Origin: Octopus vulgaris
Lineage: Eukaryota
Direction of reading: 5' to 3'
Length of the DNA: 64,000 bases
Assembly (NCBI GenBank): GCA_951406725.2
Contig: OX597814.1
Span: 162,006,001-162,070,000, forward strand
In this document: positions 39,400 through 52,096 of the stretch, one piece after another
How positions within the stretch are numbered: the stretch's first letter is position 1
Layout of the letters: every line of letters starts with the position of its first letter
Position numbers and translations under genes: made by a program
Notes under the pieces: model-generated
Seen by the model: the letters and a program-made list of their open reading frames with translations, nothing else
Told to the model about the DNA's origin: nothing
Database searches by the model: none

Positions 39400-39622
39400 T
39401 AGTCTCCACCACTTTTTGTCTATGGACCCCTTTGATTCCTATTTAATTTTACTGGTCCCACATAGCCATTCAATTTGTGTAAAAAAACATCCTACTGTAT
39501 TTTTATAATTAAATATTATTAGGAAAATAATTTGTGTATTGTAGAAGTATAAGAAATTTATTGCACATAAATTTTAACAAAATTTTATATAGGGTCATGT
39601 AGACCCCAGTAGAGAACCACTA
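39400..39622. mobile_element. hAT-like MITE remnant
   Basis: 3' end gaccccagtagagaaccacta resembles a hAT/Charlie TIR; subterminal ggacccc motifs; 5' TIR decayed. Confidence 0.45.
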
Positions 39623-40634
39623 ATCTAAACCTTAAATATCTTGACAATTTGGATATGATCTGATTACATGAGGCTGTTTGCTTGAGGCAAACTATTTTTA
39701 CTTTGTTGAAAGCATTCAGACCAGATTTCAAGATTGCAAGATTGAGAGAAACCTGATACCTTAATCTGTTGCTTCCTAATATCTCATTGTTTTTTTAGCT
39801 TTTTTAAAAAAAAAATTTCCTACTTCTTACTCCAATCTATTAGCCATTGAGATTCTGCAAAGGTCATGTGTACTGATTAAATCATAAAAGTTTTATTTTC
39901 TTTAAAAATTCAAACTTAAGTGATAATCCCAAAAACAGGTACTTCATTTGTTATTATCAACGAAGTATATTTGCTTGTAATGTTTACAACAATGCAAGCC
40001 CAGAAATCGAAATATATTAATAAATTTTCAATGTGTCATGATGTAGAAAATGATGAAGTGATAAGAATGTTAGCAGTTATAAATTAATTGAACTTAAACT
40101 ACCGGAAGAAATACAAGTGCTATCAATATCAGGCATAACAACAATAACTTAGCTCGAAGATGACATTAATGTGCTATGGAATCACAAAGAGCTAACACCA
40201 ATAACTGATGATGCATTACTTATAGCTGATATAAATTTAACATAAAATGTAAATAACGCACAACATCAATAATCTATGACAACCATGATTTACGGCACCA
40301 TTATCATTAGGTCAATGACAGCAGTAATAATGATTTCTTAGATTGGTACCATTTTAATAAATCTGGAGAAAGCTGATTGAATTTATGCCCTAGTATATTA
40401 CTAGTACACCAATATTTATTTTGATCACTGTGGAGGAAGAAAAGAAATGACAAACCCAGCATGGCTTAAACTCAGATCTGCAAGAATCTTTTATTTTTTT
40501 TTTTTTTGCTTGTTTCAGTCATTGGCCTGTGGCCTTGCTGGGGTACCACCTTGAAGGGTTTAAGTTGAAAAAAACTAATCCAAGTATATATGTGTGTTTG
40601 TGCATGTATATGTGAATCTGTGTATAAATTCATA

Positions 40635-40705
<71 letters not shown>

Positions 40706-40707
<2 letters not shown>

Positions 40708-42736
40708 CGTGCTGTGGGCACATAGCAAACACCATCCGATCGTGGCCGTTCGCCAGCCTCATCTGGCACCTGTGTCGGTGGCACATAAAGACACCATCCG
40801 AAGACCTGGCAAGACTAGTCAGGCCATAACCCATGGCCCCTACCTGGGACGTAGTCAGTCCACCTGTGCATACCTCCCTTCTTGTGACACTTGTGAAGAC
40901 CTGTTGAGGCAAGTGAAAATCAAAACAAATCAAAATAGATGAATATCAATGGAATTTGTATCTTTGTGGTACCAGTGCCGGTGGCACACAAGAAAACCAT
41001 CTGAACGTGGCCGTAGCCAGTACTGCATCGACTGGCCTCCGTGCTGTGGGCACGTAACAAACACCATCCGATCGTGGCCGTTCGCCAGCCTCATCCGGCA
41101 CCTGTGTCGGTGGCACATAAAAACACCATCCGAAGACCCGGCAAGACTAGGCACTTGTGTCGGTGGCACATAAAAACACCATCCGAAGACCCGGCAAGAC
41201 TAGTCAGGCCATAATCCGTGGCCCCAACCTGGGACGTAGTCAGTCCACCTGTGCATACCTTCCTTCTTGTGACACTTATGAAGACCTTTTGAGGCAAGTG
41301 AAAGTGAAAATCAAAATAAAATAGATGAACATCAATGGAATTTGTATCTTTATGGTACCAGTGCCGGTGGCACACAAGAAAACCATCAGAACGTGGCCGT
41401 AGCCAGTACCGCATCGACTGGCCTCCGTGCTGTGGGCACGTAACAAACACCATCCGATCATGTCCGTTCGCCAGCCTCATCAGGCACCTGTGTCGGTGGC
41501 ACATAAAAACACCATCTGAAGACCCGGCAAGACTAGTCAGGCCATAACCCGTGGCCCCTACCTGGGACGTAGTCAGTCCGCCTGTGCATACCTTCCTTCT
41601 TGTGACACTTGTGAAGACCTGTTGAGGCAAGTGATCAAATCAAAACAAATCAAAATAGATGAACATCAATGGAATTTGTATCTTGTGGTACCAGGGCCGG
41701 TGGCACACAAGATAACCATCCGAACATGGCCGTAGCCAGTACCGCATCGACTGGCCTCTGTGCTGTGGGCTCATAACAAACACCATCCGATCGTGGCCGT
41801 TCGCCAGCCTCATCTGGCACCTGTGTCGGTGGCACATAAAAACACCATCCGAAGACCCGGCAAGACTAGTCAGGCCATAACCCGTGGCCTCTACCTGGGA
41901 CGTAGTCAGTCCACCTGTGCATACCTTCCTTCTTGTGACACTTGTGAAGACCTGTTGAGACAAGTGATCAAATCAAATCAAATCAAATCAAAATAGATGA
42001 ACATCAATGGAATTTGTATCTTTGTGGTACCAGTGCCGGTGGCACACAAGAAAACCATCCGAACGTGGCCGTAGACAGTACCGCATCGACTGGCCTCCGT
42101 GCTGTGGGCACGTAACAAACACCATCCATCTGGCACCTGTGTCGGAGGCACATAAAAACATCATCCGAAGACCCGGCAAGACTAGTCAGGCCATAACCCG
42201 TGGTCCCCTACCTGGGACGTTGTCAGTTCACCTGTGCATACCTTCCTTCCTTCTTGTGACACTTGTGAAGACCTGTTGAGGCAAGTGAAAATCAAATCAA
42301 ATCAAATCAAAATAGATGAACATCAATGGAATTTGTATCTTTGTGGTACCAGTGCCGGTGGCACACAAGAAAACCATCCGAACGTGGCCGTAGCCAGTAC
42401 CGCATCGACTGGCCTCCGTGCTGTGGGCACGTAAGAAACACCATCCGATCGTGGCCGTTCGTCAGCCTCGTCTGGCACCTGTGTCGGTGGCACATAAAAA
42501 CACCATCCGAGCATGGCCGTTCGCCAGCCTCGTCTGGCACCTGTGTCGGTGGCACATAAAATCACCCACTACACTCTCGGAGTGGTTGGCGTTAGGAAGG
42601 GCATCCAGCTGTAGAAACACTGCCAGATCTGACTGGCCTGGTGCAGCCTTCGGGCTCCCCAGACCCCAGTTGAACCGTCCAACCCATGCTAGCATGGAAA
42701 GCGGACGTTAAATGATGATGATGATGATGATGATGA
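40706..42736 (+). repeat. Head-to-tail concatemer of RTE ORF-end + 3' UTR (~333-bp units) ending in a complete 3' end with (GAT)n
   Basis: Junction CACCATCC|GAAGACCCGGCAAGACTAG at 40800, 41132, 41185, 41518, 41851, 42167. Confidence 0.95.
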
Positions 42737-43646
42737 TAAATATATGACTGTCTATATTCTGTGCAACTTCCCTCTACATCCCCTACACTTTGAAAATATA
42801 CATAGCTTTGGTCCTAATTTGCTATCATGTCATAGCATTTCTAAAGCGAGTTGATTGATTACCAACCATCTTCTCCTATAATTATGAAGCCCTTGATTTC
42901 AAGAATTAAAAGGAGCTGCAGAACTTATAACTTTAACCATGAGTGTTAATGACTGCAAAATATGCTGAGCAACAGAATTAATTCCAGGTTGCTGTCTCAG
43001 CATGTGGGCAAATACAGTAGTAGCAAACGGCTACAGAATAGCTAAGGTGGAATTTGAAACCAAATCCACATTTTTATACATTGTCAAGCAAATCTTCAGT
43101 CTGTTTATTTAGCCTTAATGCACTTCCAGATTAATGAGAAAAAGTTGATCTTTTGATCTTTCTCAAGTCATTCTTTGATCAATTCTGATTAAGGATGAAG
43201 AACCCTATTGTTTAGCTCAACTTACTTTAGTCAGCAAGTTATAAAAACACAAGCAAATAGCTATCTTCTACTTAGTCAATTTACTGAGGACAGACAGCAT
43301 CTCTGTCAGTATGCTGATCAATACATACAAAGGTAGACCTCTTAATATATTATTCTACCTTGATTGTTTTATTCTGTCTTTCTCTTTAACAGCACAAGGA
43401 TGAAGCTAGCTCCCACATACAAAGATCATGGAACCAGAGACAAATATTCTACTGCATGCACAAAAAGCTGTGTACACAAACAAACAACCAGATAAGATTG
43501 TATATTTCTTATATATTGTAATAACTAATATTATAATCATCTTCAAAGTTGTAATGACATGATAATTGATATATAATAAATGGCCTTATTAATAATCAAG
43601 TAACTATTGTTTTCCAATCATTTCTGTTCTACATTATCACATTTAG

Positions 43647-43850
43647 CCCTTTTGATACCAACCTGCCTGAAGCCAGCCTTGGTTCCATGATACAAACCTT
43701 TAAATTAAAATCTTCCATCAAAATTTCAGGTTAATTTATGTTCTAAATACCAGTTTAATTGCGATAATTATTTGTGTAAATTTTTCAGTGTTTTTAAAAT
43801 TAACTGAAACAAAGTTGGTCTATTTCAACAGTAATATGGTAACGAAAGGG
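43647..43850. mobile_element. piggyBac-like MITE
   Basis: TTAG-CCCTTTTGATACCA ... TGGTAACGAAAGGG-TTAA. Confidence 0.7.
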
Positions 43851-44877
43851 TTAAATATTATCATTACACAGTATATACTCTCTACTGCTCACATATGGAT
43901 GCAAAATGGTTAAGAAGTTTGTTTTATAATCCTGAGGTCCAAAGTTTAATCGCACTGATTAATGCTTACCCATAATGCTTGGCATTACGGGTAAGTGTCT
44001 TGTGTCTTTTACCATTACCTCAGATCAATCTAATGGAAACTAGGAAGACAGAAACTGTGCACAAGCTCATTGAATGGATTGTACATGTCATTCAAAGGTA
44101 GTCTTTTCACACTGTGTCATGCTGATCCTGCCTCAGATCTACATTACAGAAACAGGTGTCTGTATAATTCTTATCCACTTCCATGCTAATTCAATGAGCA
44201 GATAATCCAAATGGACAAACAACTCAATTGATTTCAATGATGGATCCTCTTTATAGAAATCAACAGAATTCACTAACTCATTACTTTACAATGCTCACAA
44301 ACTGATGAGAGAGCTTTTAGATGATTCTTCAACCTGCTAGAAATAACAGCTAAATCTGCTATAAATTGCAACCTACTATACACATTAGTAATGTTGTCAA
44401 GATACACTATGTCTGAAACAGTTGGAATGCCTTTGATGATTACAGATCTCCTTGACTAAGCAACCACAAAAACAGTGGTAATGATGCACACAAGCTAATG
44501 TGAACACTATTGTCTCAAAGATGCCATTTAAACTGCAAGAATAGCAACCTAATTTTTTTCAAAACACACACTACTGTCTTCAGTAAGGAAGATATATTAG
44601 ATACTGTCTCACTACATCGTGTGGAAAAAAAAAGACAGAATAATCATGGCTGGAATGCTTTGATCAGAGGCCCCCACAACCATGAAAAGTGAAACAGTTT
44701 ATGGTAAACAGCATATACAAAAAAAAGATGAGATGGTCATGATCAGAGAGCCTTTAATCCTAGGCTTGTTCAGTCAAAGCTGAATTCAGGTTAAACAACA
44801 ACTGCTTCCAAATATCACTTCCTATGATAACATGCTATATATAGCGCTCTATAGTGTTGTTATAAGTCTTATAATAC

Positions 44878-44970
44878 CTGTCAAATCACCAGTAGCTTCT
44901 GTCTGGATTACAGCTCTATATGGTAAGCTTTTGAAGCATTCTTCAATGTTAAAGTTATTCTCCAAAGAAT
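44878..44970 (-). CDS. Candidate 93-nt internal exon (phase 1-1) of an unidentified minus-strand gene
   Basis: ttactag|...ACAG|gtatta; open frame DSLENNFNIEECFKSLPYRAVIQTEATGDLT; phase-compatible with the exon ending at 50137; no recognised homology. Confidence 0.4.
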
Positions 44971-45003
44971 CTAGTAATACCAAGTTAAACTACTGAGATT
45001 TAA

Positions 45004-45223
45004 CCCTTTAGCATTTAATCCAGCCATATCCATCCCAAATATTCTACCTGTTTTATGTTAAACTGACTACATCCAACCTCTGAAATTTACTCTCCAATAT
45101 CATTCTTAAAATATATCAACACGCCATTGAAATCTTGAAGCTACAAAATAACATGTGATTAATTCAAAACAATATGAATAAATGAGTATTATAATTTGAC
45201 AAAGAAACCTGAATGCAAAAGGG
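45004..45223. mobile_element. piggyBac-like MITE with TTAA TSD
   Basis: TTAA-CCCTTTAGCATT ... AATGCAAAAGGG-TTAA. Confidence 0.8.
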
Positions 45224-45585
45224 TTAAGTGTTATTGCCAAAGGCAAAGCACAGTATCTGACACATAATTTATATCATTCCATTTGTTCATATCAAACAGG
45301 CATAGGCAAGGCTGTGATAGGTGCAAGTGTGGCTATATGGTAAGCAGCTTGCTTCTCAACCAAATGGTTCTGGGTTCAATCCCACTACATGGCACCTTGA
45401 GCAAATGTCTTCTGCTATAGCTTTACACTGACCAAAACTTTGTGAGTGGGTTTTGTTGATAGGAACCGAAAGAAGCTCATCATAGATATATCAGCATCAT
45501 CATCATCATTGTTTAACATCCATTGTTTTCCATGCAGGTATGCATAGGACAGTCTAATAGAAAACTGGTGAGCTGCTGGGTTACA

Positions 45586-45878
45586 TTGAAAGGTTGAAGT
45601 TGAATAAACTAATCCAAGTATATATGTATGTTTCTGCATGTGTATATGAATCTGTGAATAAATTCATAAACATATATATATCATCATCATCATCATCATC
45701 ATCGTTTAACGTCCGTTTTCCATGCTAATAAATATATATACGACTGTCTATATTCTGTGCAACTTCCCTCTACATCCCCTACACTCTTTGAAAACATTCA
45801 TAGCTTTGATCATAATTTGCTATTATGTCATAGCATTTCTAAAGAGAGTTGATTGATTACCAAACATCTTCTCCTATA
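45586..45878 (+). repeat. Local duplicate of the sequence flanking the RTE concatemer (40550-40640 + 42737-42880)
   Basis: aaactaatccaagtatatatgt..aaattcataaacatatat and gactgtctatattctgtgcaacttccctctacatcccctacac..catcttctcctata are shared. Confidence 0.9.
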
Positions 45879-45889
45879 TATATTATCAA

Positions 45890-46600
45890 TTATCGCACAT
45901 ACTCAGCATATGCTTTGCTAGTTAAAGCACTTGAAATTCATAGACACACGAGACAACTCAACTTGGATCAAATTCAGGAGTGACAGATCCTGACATTTCA
46001 CCATTTTGAATTGAATCACCAGTCTATGACTATATAAGCAGTGTCAGAACTATTTGTTGATGTGCCATTTGCTATATTTTATATATATTAGTGACAATTA
46101 TAATTCTCCATTTTGGTGAAAAATTGCAAACTGCTCTTTATCTTAATTTTATATATACACATTAGCAAATCGCTAAATCATCCAATAATTTGGATGACAA
46201 AAACATAAATACTAAGAGTGAGGCAGGTCTGGAGAAAGTTGAACAATCAAGTGGGCTTAACTGATGAAGCAATGGAAATTGCTGAAACTGTTGGCAGTAT
46301 TAAGAATTCTCAATCGGCATTTTTTTGGATAACTACAATCTCTGTTAGCATATATGTTTTCATCCATGTGCGTTAAGTACAGCACTAGAGCACTTTAGCT
46401 CTTATTTCTAGCTCAATGCAGATGTTTCCTAACACCCTAATCATATAATTAGTGTCAATCATAAATCTTTCACCGTGAAATGACTAAGGAAAACAGTCTA
46501 ATTAAGGGGCATTATAAGCCCCCAACAGAAAAAGGAAGGCTTTCCTATCCACGGGAGAGTTGGACCCACATCCCTTTGTTAATGCGACTAAGTGTGTTAC
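45890..46600 (+). mobile_element. PLE C 3' remnant / solo pLTR
   Basis: LVKALEIHRHTRQLNLDQ resembles the GIY-YIG C-terminal EALEI..N motif; hammerhead downstream; (TA)n flanks. Confidence 0.65.
46256..46304 (+). ncRNA. Canonical type I hammerhead ribozyme
   Basis: CUUAA-CUGAUGA-AGCAAU ggaa AUUGCU-GAA-ACUG uugg CAGU-A-UUAAG; all three stems Watson-Crick, GUA triplet. Confidence 0.92.
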
Positions 46601-46627
46601 CTTTACACACACACATGCATAGATATA

Positions 46628-46669
<42 letters not shown>

Positions 46670-48903
46670 CAGCTTCTTTCAGTTTCTGTCTAGCAAGTAC
46701 AATCACAAGGCTTTGGTTAGAGGAGAAGACACTTGTCCAAGGTACTTCACGTTGGGACTGAATCCAAGAACACATGGTTGAGAATTTTGTTCCTCAGATG
46801 TGACAATCTGAGGAACATAAAAGAGAAAAAGAAAACCCTTACCATGAGAATTTCTCTGTTTTTATCACTTATAGGTCTATTTACATCTAGGATGTGAATG
46901 TGAATGGAAGAAGCCCAGTAATTAACTGATGTTTTAATTTATTGATCCCGCAAGGATGAAAGGCAAAGTTAAAAGTGACATGATTTGATTATAGAGTTTA
47001 AAGCATCATATCTAAATACTATAGCTATGTAGTGGACCTTCTGCTGAATTGCGAACCATTGCTTTTAGATTTTCCCAACTTAAGACTATATTATCACCAT
47101 AAAAGGCATGGCTATGTGAATATGGCTTGACTAATCATCATTGGCTGACTTGTCATGATTGCCATGTTAAACCTTAAAGTATGTATGTGGGTTTTCTTAC
47201 CAAATAACTTGACAAAAGGTTCTTGAAAAATTGGTTTATGGTTATAAAAAGCTGGTTAAATTCAACATCAGACTAGATTCCACATGAAACTATACCACTT
47301 TACTCAGTGAGTTGGTCTCTTGCTTTCTTTTAGATTTCCGTTTTAACATGCTTATGTATTAGTTATATGCTCAGGTTTTAACTTCAACTAATTTCATCTT
47401 CAATAACTAAGAACTAATTTCGTATTACATAGTACATAAGTTGTACTACAGAAGATTCCTCTTGTTCTATAAAATTATTTATATGTATGCAAATAAAAAT
47501 AAGTAGTGCAGGTTAAATAGAATATATGAAAACACAAATAAATATTAGTGGGGTGTAGATTTTGAAACCACATTAGCTCAGTAACAAGAAATAGGCCACA
47601 GTATATCAAGTGATTTGGCCTAATTATTGGCCAATAGTATTTCGACTCTAATTGTTTGTATAATTTCAAACAGAAATTTTCATGAGTTTCTCACTGAAAC
47701 AGCTATAAATTAAAATGCATACCACAATCTGAGAGGCAACAGAGGTCTACAAAAAAGCAAGTTTCTTGGTCATTGCCTGTTTTAAAGGAATCATTTGTCT
47801 ACAATGAACACAATTTTTCTGCCTCTCACAACATGACAATATAACTAGCTTTCCTAGCTAACATGTTGTCATATCTTCTATAACAATAAATGCAAAACTC
47901 TGTCTGTCTAGGACCCCTGTATCTCAGTCAACATTTGCTCTAGATAGACATACTATACCTTTTTGGAATCAGGTTGTCCCTTCATTTGGTTCTTGAACAT
48001 CCAGCATTGGGATCTGATTTAAAAGCATTTAGGTTGCTATTTCTTGCAGGTAAAGCTTGGCTGATTCACACCATCTTGATTGGTGTATGTCAGATGATGT
48101 CAGAGATCAAGGGGGAGATTAATGACATTAGCTTCATTAATTTTACGTTGAGATAAGAACTCTGGGATAAATTGGTCAACAGTTGGAATTTAAATTGGGA
48201 CTGAAACATTAGAATAATTGCATTACAGAATTAATTCTCATCTCTCCTTAACCTCCGGTCAAACACCACCAGGGCACATAGCCATTATAGTCATGCTATT
48301 TAGCTCTCCTTAGTTTTGGGCCACAAGCCCAATTAGCCCTCCACAGGAGCTAGCTTAAAAGTCTGCAAGGAGTGTGGCTTTTAAGCTAGTTAGTAATAAA
48401 TGCTTATCTAGACACTTCTGGCATGCAGTTTACACTTAGCAAAAACTTCTGTATGATTTTAGTAAGTAAATGCTTTTGTTGAGAATATTGAATGGACTTA
48501 GTTTTAATTTGGGTGACAGCAAGAAGCCAAAATCAGTCTTACCAATTATTGAACACCCATTTAATCAAGTTCATTATTATCTTCACACACAGCTTACCCA
48601 ATATTGTGACCTACCAACAAAGAATTAATGACTTAAAAATTCCGAATTAGAAACGTTTTGTCTGATGCTCTAACAATTCTGCCATTGTTAAACAGAGGCG
48701 TTGCTGAAAGCATATTGTACTAAAACATTACATGTGTAAGCCTCCACTCTATATGTGTTTGTTTACATTATTTCTATGTATTTAGTATGCAGAAAACTAT
48801 TCTAAAGTATTTTCCCTCAGTTGATACTGATAATTGATGTCTATATATTACCTCTATTTCTTTTTAAACTTATCAATTCATTGTCATAACAATTGAGACT
48901 ATG

Positions 48904-48945
48904 CTCTGCTGAGGAGATTTTAATAACATCGAAACAGGTTTATTG
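48904..48945 (+). ncRNA. Degenerate hammerhead relic
   Basis: CUGAGGA-GAU..AUC-GAAAC; stems I and III do not pair. Confidence 0.3.
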
Positions 48946-49607
48946 CTTTCACTTTTAAAGAACTGATCCACATTTAATCGCATCGCCTTTTATTTTTTTG
49001 AAAATTTCAATTAACTGTTATTATTGGAGTTACGTGGTTACTTTTTGATCTTAAAAACCCATTGAAGTAGTTTTTATTCACTAATTGCTTTGGTAATCCC
49101 ATTTAATTAAAGTTTTACAATCGCTATACTACATTTCTGAAATCCTGCTATTATATGCCTCTAGTAGCAGAACGCTTCCTTGATTTTACCCCAGCCCTAT
49201 TATATATTTATCCCTTTCATAAAGACATCACAGTTGAGAGAATTAATTCCAATATATTGACCGAACCAACATTGAAAGTACCTTACACTCGAATGTTTAT
49301 TAAACGGTATTATGTTTAAAAGTCTATGATGGAAAATAACCTTTCCTTTAGTGTTATATCTTTTTTAATATGGCGGGGTGAGGGTGGTATATCATCTCCA
49401 TTTTTGTCTCATTTATTAAGGAAAATGATGAATACAACTGATCAGACCTATCGAACGAATAGAATTCTTTAAATAGATTAATGTACTGATAAAATAGGTG
49501 AGTACGGATGTTTAGGGCATAAGAAAAGCCTTACTCGAAACATCAGAACCACCCACCTTCTTTACGGCACATGAACTCATTTTATATTACAGATTTTAAC
49601 TGCTTTT

Positions 49608-49656
<49 letters not shown>

Positions 49657-50136
49657 CGTGTATCTACAGATCATCACTAGTTTTTCTTAGATTCTATATT
49701 CTTTTCCTTTTACTATCCAAAGAATGATGAAGGCATTCCTCACCACCACACCAGTAATCAAAGTAATAGTGCCGACTGCCTGATGTTATGATTGTGGTGA
49801 AGAAGATGCCGTCAAAGCCAGGAATCCTTTGTCGGTTAACGATAAATATCTTAAACAAATATTACATATACCATACATAATTTTATTGAAATGCACGTAC
49901 ATAATAGCATATTCGCAAAAACCAGAGATTGTTAGTCTCCGGTTAGTTCTCACTGACCAAACCTACAATGATCAAAGACATTCCAGCCATGGCCATCTCG
50001 TCTTTCTCTTGGGCAATACTTTTATAGGTATACAATATGTCCCTCTCTTTTAGAGACAATAGTGTATAATTTACGGAAGATGCAGCTGCTATTTCTAGCT
50101 GATCGAGTTTCTTTGGTGAAGTTCGGAGAAACTTAC

Positions 50137-50347
50137 CCAGAGTCGATAACATAATCAGTAGGGTCTCGCACCTGATTACCAGATGTAGGTGGGCTAGGAA
50201 TGTAAGAGATAGAGTGGCTGCATTACATCTCGCAGCCGTCGACACAATCGGAGTAGTCGTAGATAAATACACTTCCTTGAATTCTACTGATGACAGCGGC
50301 GATGACAAAAAGAGATCCTTTATACGAGGAAAAATTATCCTCTCTTT
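50137..50347 (-). other. Candidate 5'-proximal exon of an unidentified minus-strand gene
   Basis: CpG-retaining unique sequence; T-rich tract + TAG acceptor at 50348; strong CTGG|GTAAGT donor at 50136; one frame open throughout, ending ..ETLLIMLSTL. Confidence 0.5.
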
Positions 50348-50874
50348 CTAGTATAGTTTATTTATAAACAACAAAAACAAACTAAAGCAGAATGTGCGTC
50401 TTCAAACACATTGTCTGATGTTTTGTTTGTTTGCTTCCTCGTTGTTATGAAGAAAAAATGATTAAAACAAAACAAAACATCGAGTTCATTTCACTGAAAA
50501 TGTAAATTAAGATCTAAATTTTATCATTAATCGGAGTATTTGATGTAGTAGATATATCTAAAATGTGTTTTAGTAATAAATAAATGAACAGATATACAAA
50601 ATGGTAACTTGAACGAAATAAAAACAAAAATGGCATGTAAAGTAATGTACTCGGTAATGTGAAAATGCTGAAAATTTATTAAGAATTTCTATGCTCAAGA
50701 TATTCAATGAATATCAACAGTATTATTTATGATAAAATTGATTATAATTATTATTACGAAAACTATTTCTCCAGTTGTATTCTTACATTATACTTTAGTC
50801 CATCATTTTATTGAAATCACAAGTTGATATAGTTAGCTCCCTTGGACACCGTTATTGAACGAGTTAAAGGAAAT

Positions 50875-50883
50875 CGCCATCTT
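50875..50883 (-). promoter_or_regulatory. YY1-like / Kozak-like AAGATGGCG motif near putative minus-strand TSS
   Basis: cgccatctt on plus strand within a CpG-retaining region. Confidence 0.35.
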
Positions 50884-52096
50884 GCTGTCAACTATAAGTA
50901 AATGGTTTCATTGCAATCGTCGACTTGCATTGTGATTTGAAGTGAGTATCCGAAATAACGTAATTTTCTAAAATATTTACTCTATTCCAAACTAACTCTT
51001 ATGTACATATATGTATGTTTATACTTTGTATTGTACAGCAGAGAAGAGTTTTACTGCATAATACAGGACGGCGATACTAAAAGTGATTTATGAAAAGCAT
51101 TTTAATCCGTACTTCGAACAATAGTTTCATTAATATTTTATATATATATATGTATATATACATACACCATGCATTGTATTTGTTAGACAGTTTCTATTTG
51201 TCATCAAAATACAGGATTAAAAAGAAAACGGCAAGATGTAGGGACCATTACAACGTCATTCTAAATAAATACTGTTAATAAATTAAGGTAGCGATGTGAA
51301 ATTTATTCAATTCTATTGACTCTTTTTTTTTAAACTTTGGTTCTGATGACAGATTTTATTTCAAGGTCTGGTTTAATGTTGGTGTTAAAAATAAAAGTGT
51401 TGTGTTTATACTCGAGAATTGGCGTTACATAAACAGTAACATATACCCTAAACACAATATTTTATTTATCCTGAGAGATTATCGAAAGCTTTTACACGTG
51501 GGTGGATGTCTGGATAAATATACTTGCTGTTTTCTGTATGCCTGTGTTTAGCAATTTGACGAAATCTTTTTTTTTTTTTTGGTTAAAGTATTATGATTGC
51601 CTGAACGAAATCACCCCCAAAACACTTAGTATTTTGTATGTCACTTGAAGATGACATGCGTAAAAATAATGCCGACTCTGTTGACTTGTACAGGCAAAAT
51701 GGCCGGCTAGTTTCTAGAGAGAATTGCGTTTTGGTTAAACAAGCAAGCCAAGATATCTTAGTTAATTTCTATGTCGGCACACGTAGTGTTCACGATAGTC
51801 AGCAAACTAACTAACTACCTCTGAGTATGAGTTTTGATGTAATTTAGACTGGAACATATTGCGAAATTTGTCTGCTAAACACCATAATAATAGAAATTAG
51901 CTTAGCTAAGTTTTTGTAAATCGTATGAAAAACCTGGTAGAAACTTCAACTGAAACATTATTTATACTACTGCTTCACGACGAATGAAGAACCTAATGAA
52001 ATTTTGCCGACTTTATTCATAGATTTTTACCTTCGCATATCACTAGCTTACCTTCAGATTCTGTACTTTTCTATTCGCTTTAATGATTATGATAAT

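Noticed and set aside
46788-46817. Perfect 12-bp hairpin at a SINE break
   Set aside because: Isolated and short; likely a repair or template-switch scar with no sign of function.
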